Shown one piece after another: positions 59,558 to 64,000 of a DNA stretch of 64,000 nt (positions are counted from its first letter, which is position 1; each line of letters begins with the position of its first letter). Position numbers and translations under genes: made by a program. Origin of the DNA: an uncultured bacterium (GTDB lineage Bacteria; Desulfobacterota_D; UBA1144; Nemesobacterales; UBA2774); assembly GCA_963705505.1 (NCBI GenBank), contig CAVPJU010000006.1, forward strand, positions 704,001 through 768,000, given 5' to 3'. Under the pieces are notes generated by a model. The model had not been told where the DNA came from, ran no database searches, and worked only from the letters and a program-made list of their open reading frames with translations.

Positions 59558-60310
59558 TCAGGAGATGGTAATACTTTCCTTAACCTTTTTTAAAATATAA
59601 TTCAGCACCTGGCCGGGCTTGCCGTATATGACCGCATCGACGTAGTCGTCGGCAGGGCTTTCCTTTTCGTTTATGATAACCACTTTGGCGTTATTCTCCT
59701 TGGCCAGAAATGGGTAAGATGCGACAGGCTCCTTGTCCAGCGAGGCTCCGGCAATGAGAAAGAGGTCGGCGTTATGAAGCCTCATCCACGCCTCCCGGGC
59801 TTCCCAGTGCGGGAGAGGCTGCCCCGGGAACGAAATAGTGGGTTTTAACTGGTCGCTTCCGCATTCCCTGCAGACGGGCACGGATGCGCCCTTTTCGAGC
59901 ATGCCGATGATTTCATCGATCGAATAATCCTTGCCGCAGCTGGGGCATGTGATCCATTGTATGCTGCTGTTGAGCTCGATCACGGTCGTATTTCCCGCCC
60001 TGCGGTGGAGTCCATCCGTGCTCTGCGTGAAGACGCAGTCGAGGTTCCCCAATAATTCCAGCTCAGCAAGCGCCCTATGCCCCGGACCCGGCTCGGCATT
60101 CTGGAGAGACGGGTAGATCTCCATTATCTTCATCCAGTACTCGGCCCGCACATCCCTGTTTTCACGGAAGTCCCTGATATGAGGGTTTAGCCTGGGGTCC
60201 GTAAAATCCGGCAAGCCGCTCTCGGCCGATAACCCGTACCCCGTGAGGACGATGATCTTCCGGGCCTCTTTGATCCACTCCGCGACCGTCCCTGCGACAT
60301 CCCTTTTCAT
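59558..60310 (-). CDS. Sir2/CobB-family protein with substituted catalytic motifs
   Basis: LTGYGLSAESGLPDF, TQSTDGLH, IELNSS, two CxxC pairs, IINE. Confidence 0.85.
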   Translation of the reverse strand: MKRDVAGTVAEWIKEARKIIVLTGYGLSAESGLPDFTDPRLNPHIRDFRENRDVRAEYWMKIMEIYPSLQNAEPGPGHRALAELELLGNLDCVFTQSTDGLHRRAGNTTVIELNSSIQWITCPSCGKDYSIDEIIGMLEKGASVPVCRECGSDQLKPTISFPGQPLPHWEAREAWMRLHNADLFLIAGASLDKEPVASYPFLAKENNAKVVIINEKESPADDYVDAVIYGKPGQVLNYILKKVKESITIS

Positions 60311-60420
60311 CAGGATTTGATTATACAATTTTCGGATAAAACATGTCAACGAAGCGGGCTCCCGGCGCAAGATTCGGTACAATATAGGTGCATAAATCGT
60401 GAGTGATGCAAGGGGGAGTA

Positions 60421-60765
60421 ATGTCTAAATACAAGCCCGCGGAAATTACCGAGTTCAGCGATACGGCGCTCCTGATAGTATGGGACGACGGGCACGAGAG
60501 TATTTATCTGTTTGAGGATCTGAGACAGGAATGTCCCTGCGCTACCTGCAGGCAGCTGAGGAAAACTAGCAAGACCGGCAAGCTGCCGTTTAAGAAGACG
60601 ATTCCCTTGAGAGTTCAGTCCGCGGCGATCAAGCCTCTGCGCACGGAGCACGTAGGTCAATACGCGATCAAGTTCAGCTGGAACGATAAGCACGATACGG
60701 GGATTTATACGTACGACTTCCTGAGAGAGCTTTGCAGCTGTGAGGAATGCCGTACCGGGGGCTGA
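60421..60765 (+). CDS. DUF971 / gamma-butyrobetaine hydroxylase-like N-terminal domain protein
   Basis: WDDGH, LRQECPCATC, VGQYAI, WNDKHDTGIY. Confidence 0.85.
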   Translation: MSKYKPAEITEFSDTALLIVWDDGHESIYLFEDLRQECPCATCRQLRKTSKTGKLPFKKTIPLRVQSAAIKPLRTEHVGQYAIKFSWNDKHDTGIYTYDFLRELCSCEECRTGG

Positions 60766-60769
60766 CTCT

Positions 60770-61489
60770 TCATTCTATCTCGAACACGATGCTGACTGAA
60801 GCGCTTATCGAGAGATCGCCCGGCTCTATGGGGGTGGGGGGCGGAGGAGCCGCGGCTTCCTTGCTGAGGGCATAATCCCTGTATACGGGTACCGGGTAAT
60901 CGAAGGACGGGGACAATTGAAGTATTTTCGTTATGCTTACTCCTGCCGCCTTTGAAAGGGTTTCAGCAGTCGCCTTAGCGTCATTCACAGCCGCGACAAG
61001 GGCCTCTCTCCTGTACTCGTCCCTCTTCGTCGTATCGAATGAAAGGCTTTCGATGTTGTTAAGCCCCGCCTCGGCGGTGGTATCGATGATCGTCCCGATT
61101 TCTTTAAGGTTGTGCGCTTCGACGATGATGCGGTTGCTTGCCCTGTAACCTTTGAATTCCGAGTTGCTTGTCTGATTGTTATATTCATATACGGGGTTGA
61201 GGCTGTATCCCGCTGTCGAGACCTTATCGTTTTTGCCGAGCTTCGCCTTTATCGCCTCGATGACTTTATTGGTTTTCCCGGCATTTTCCCTGACTGCCTG
61301 GGAGGCGTTTTTTGCGAGGGTTTCGACCGAGAGGCTCAAATACGCGACATCGGGCGCAGCGTCCACCTTCCCGCTGCCCGTAACGCTAAGCGTGCGCTTC
61401 CCGTTCTGGCTCTCCTGGGCATAGGATGCATAATCCGCCGTATTTATTAGAATTAAACATCCCAGCAGGAGTGCTGTATAGGCTCTCAT
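60770..61489 (-). CDS. SIMPL (DUF541) domain periplasmic protein
   Basis: Signal peptide, LSVTGSG...PDVA, PIEPG, VSIVFEIE. Confidence 0.9.
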   Translation of the reverse strand: MRAYTALLLGCLILINTADYASYAQESQNGKRTLSVTGSGKVDAAPDVAYLSLSVETLAKNASQAVRENAGKTNKVIEAIKAKLGKNDKVSTAGYSLNPVYEYNNQTSNSEFKGYRASNRIIVEAHNLKEIGTIIDTTAEAGLNNIESLSFDTTKRDEYRREALVAAVNDAKATAETLSKAAGVSITKILQLSPSFDYPVPVYRDYALSKEAAAPPPPTPIEPGDLSISASVSIVFEIE

Positions 61490-61732
61490 TCTTCACCTCG
61501 CAAATGTTATTCCTATTCTCGCAAGCGTACCTATTATACTTAATCTTTACGATTGATTTCAGGTTTGGATTTAACTCGTATCCTGCAACTAAATTGAAAG
61601 GGCTCCGGCCGGATCCCGTTTATTTATAAACCCCGCCTCTTCAAATCTATCGAAAAATAGCATATATTTTAAAAATCAGCTTAAGATCGGCTTGTTGATT
61701 TTAATCATTCTTAATGATAGTTTTCTTAGTCC

Positions 61733-62407
61733 ATGATTGAGAAGAAGCTAGGTTATAAATTCAGGGAGAGCAAGCTTCTTAAAACTGCGCTTACCCACAG
61801 TTCTTACGCGAACGAGACTTCAGTCGAAAGCAACGAGAGGATGGAGTTCCTGGGTGATGCCGTCCTGGGTTTCATCGTCGCGCGCGTATTATACGACCTG
61901 TTCCCCGATGCTGCGGAAGGCAAGCTCTCCAAGATGAGGAGCGCCATAGTGAGCCGTATGAATTTCGCCCATTTCGCGAAGGAGCTCAAGATGGACAAGC
62001 AGCTACTGCTCGGGAAGGGTGAGGAGAATACGGGGGGGAGGAAGAGGCAGTCCAACCTCGCCGGCGCTTTCGAGGCTGTAATAGGGGCCATATTCATAGA
62101 CGGAGGGTACAAGAAGGTCTATAGGATAGTTACGAGGCTCTTAAAGAATTGCCTTAACGGCAACGAGGAGATTTTCAGGGATTATAAAACCAGGCTTCAG
62201 GAAGTCGCTCAGCGGCAGTTCAAGAAGGTACCCAAGTATAAAGTCGTGCTCGAAGAAGGGCCTCCCCACGACAAGTGTTTCCATGTGGAGGTGAAGCTCG
62301 GCAGGAAATGCATGGGTAAGGGGATCGGGAGGAATAAAAAACAGGCTGAGCAGGCTGCTGCAAAAGAGGGGCTTGAATATATAGAAGGCTTGAATAAGCT
62401 CACCTGA
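61733..62407 (+). CDS. rnc: Ribonuclease III
   Basis: ALTHSS, NERMEFLGDAVL, FEAVIGAIFIDGG, C-terminal dsRBD. Confidence 0.96.
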   Translation: MIEKKLGYKFRESKLLKTALTHSSYANETSVESNERMEFLGDAVLGFIVARVLYDLFPDAAEGKLSKMRSAIVSRMNFAHFAKELKMDKQLLLGKGEENTGGRKRQSNLAGAFEAVIGAIFIDGGYKKVYRIVTRLLKNCLNGNEEIFRDYKTRLQEVAQRQFKKVPKYKVVLEEGPPHDKCFHVEVKLGRKCMGKGIGRNKKQAEQAAAKEGLEYIEGLNKLT

Positions 62408-62418
62408 CAGTTTTCGTG

Positions 62419-63855
62419 CTAATCGTTATCTTTTCCCTCGAGTCCTAATTCTTCCATCTTTTTTGAAAGTGTGTTTCTGTTAATACCGAGTAACTGAGCT
62501 GCCTTTTTCTTGTTTCCATTGGTAATTCTCAACAGGGCTTCGATGAGGGGTTTCTCGACTTTTTTGATTATTTTGTCGTAGATTTGCCCCGGGGAGTCGC
62601 CGCCGCCTGTTTCTATTAAATAGTTGAGCTCGTTTGTTATGAGCTGGTCGAACGATTCCTGCTCTCTTCTTCCCCTTCCTTCGAGGTGCGGCGCGGCCTC
62701 GATCAGTGTTTCTTTCGTGATAACGCTGTCGGATGTCAGTACTAGTACGCGCTTTATTATGTTTTCGAGCTCCCTGACATTGCCGGGCCAGTTATAACTT
62801 AGCACGAGCTCTTTGGCGTCGTCGGATACGGTCCTTTTAGCTACCCCCAGCTCTTTTGAATATTTATTCAGGAAATGGTCTATCAGCGGCACTACGTCCT
62901 CTATTCTTCTCCTGAGCGGCGGTATCTCGATCGTTATGGCGTTGAGTCTGTAATAAAGGTCCTCTCTGAACCTCCCTTCAGACACCTCTTTTTCGAGGTT
63001 CTTATTGGTCGATGCTATTATTCTGACGTCGACCGGGGTGGGTCTTTCGCTGCCGAGCCTGTAGAATTTCCTCTCTTCGAGTATCCGCAGGAGCTTCGTC
63101 TGTAGCTCGGGCGGCATGTCCCCGATCTCGTCCAGGTGGAGCGTACCTTTATGGGCTTCTTCGAACCTTCCCTGTTTTGGCAGGGAGGCTCCGGTGAATG
63201 CTCCTTTTTCATACCCGAACAGCTCGCTTTCGAGCAATTCTTTCGGAATGGCCGCTATGTTCACGGCGACCATCTTCCCGTCCCTTCTCATGCTGTTTTG
63301 GTGTATAGCGCGCGCGACCAGCTCTTTTCCTGTCCCGCTCTCACCTACTACCAGCACGGTTATGTCCCGTTCGGCGACTCTCCCTATCATCTTATATATG
63401 TTGAGCATCACCTGGGATTTGCCGACTATGTCCTGAAGCGAGTCCTCTTCTGCGGATTCGGTCCTTAGCATATCGAGCTTCTTCGAGTTCTCGTAGCTTT
63501 CTATGGCCCTTTGTACGGTTATTTTGACCTCGTCGAGGTCAAAGGGTTTGGCTATGTAATCATAGGCGCCCTGCTTCATGGCATCTATTGCGTTCTTAAC
63601 GGTATTCTGAGCGGTGATAATGATTACCGGAGGATTGATCCCCCTCGACCTGAATTCCCTAAGCACATCGAACCCGCTCATATCCGGCATGGTTATATCG
63701 AGTACTATCGAAGAAAAACCTTCTGACGATGCGCACTCAAGAGCCTTCGCTCCGTTATCGGCATACCTGACAAGATAACCCGCCTTTTCGAGGCACTTGC
63801 CGAGCACCCACCTGATGCTTTCTTCGTCGTCCACTACCAGTATTTTCTTTTTCAT
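62419..63855 (-). CDS. Sigma-54-dependent response regulator, NtrC family
   Basis: Receiver domain, GESGTGKE, GAFTGA, WPGNVREL, Fis-type HTH LLGINRNTL. Confidence 0.93.
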   Translation of the reverse strand: MKKKILVVDDEESIRWVLGKCLEKAGYLVRYADNGAKALECASSEGFSSIVLDITMPDMSGFDVLREFRSRGINPPVIIITAQNTVKNAIDAMKQGAYDYIAKPFDLDEVKITVQRAIESYENSKKLDMLRTESAEEDSLQDIVGKSQVMLNIYKMIGRVAERDITVLVVGESGTGKELVARAIHQNSMRRDGKMVAVNIAAIPKELLESELFGYEKGAFTGASLPKQGRFEEAHKGTLHLDEIGDMPPELQTKLLRILEERKFYRLGSERPTPVDVRIIASTNKNLEKEVSEGRFREDLYYRLNAITIEIPPLRRRIEDVVPLIDHFLNKYSKELGVAKRTVSDDAKELVLSYNWPGNVRELENIIKRVLVLTSDSVITKETLIEAAPHLEGRGRREQESFDQLITNELNYLIETGGGDSPGQIYDKIIKKVEKPLIEALLRITNGNKKKAAQLLGINRNTLSKKMEELGLEGKDND

Positions 63856-63920
63856 TTGCTATCTATGGATCCGCTCCGCGCCTATGACGTTATTATTCAG
63901 TTTGCGCTTCCGTTGTAAAC

Positions 63921-64000
63921 TTATAAGCCTGAAATAGGAATGTACACCTTGACGGTCGTGCCGGCTCCCGGTTCGCTGTCAACGAAAATCGCTCCTCCGT
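63921..64000 (-). CDS. Sensor histidine kinase, 3' end (NtrB-like; runs off the window edge)
   Basis: Hand translation GGAIFVDSEPGAGTTVKVYIPISGL*, a typical HATPase_c C-terminus; upstream of the NtrC-type gene. Confidence 0.85.
   Translation of the reverse strand, partial: GGAIFVDSEPGAGTTVKVYIPISGL

Noticed and set aside
59558..60310. Sir2 protein as the Thoeris ThsA-like effector of the TIR operon
   Set aside because: It is 46 kb away, is CobB-type with a Zn ribbon, has no SLOG fusion and sits in a housekeeping context
1..64000. CRISPR arrays, tRNA/rRNA genes, transposases, integrases, prophage genes
   Set aside because: No regularly spaced repeats or diagnostic motifs were seen by eye; short elements could have been missed

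Overview
A 64-kb, roughly 50% GC bacterial chromosomal window made up mostly of housekeeping genes: sodA, a sigma-70 paralog, class II nrdJ with tandem NrdR boxes, a gspC-K type II secretion cluster, dacB, uvrA, dnaJ, aroE, ribF, lgt, pal/cpoB-like genes, hemL, F0 ATP synthase genes, cca, xseA, thyX, rnc and an NtrC-type regulator. The gene content suggests a diderm, deltaproteobacteria-like lineage (inference only). I saw no tRNA, rRNA, CRISPR array, transposase or prophage. The standout is a three-gene operon at 8038-13074. It encodes two paralogous SLOG-like plus 4-TM (SLATT-like) proteins, one with intact and one with degenerate nucleotide-binding motifs, followed by a Toll-like-receptor-shaped protein (cytoplasmic TIR with its catalytic Glu, one TM helix, two Cys-rich DUF4189-like extracytoplasmic repeats). 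This is a candidate outside-in TIR second-messenger defence or signalling system. Other points: a LysM-bearing secretin, a RavA/MoxR ATPase coupled to gspK, a candidate 6S-like ncRNA, a sirtuin lacking its catalytic His, an atpZ-like gene with a probable CTG start that the ORF track missed, and three single-base-insertion frameshifts (including in thyX) that probably reflect sequencing error. All domain calls come from reading motifs by eye, not from database searches.
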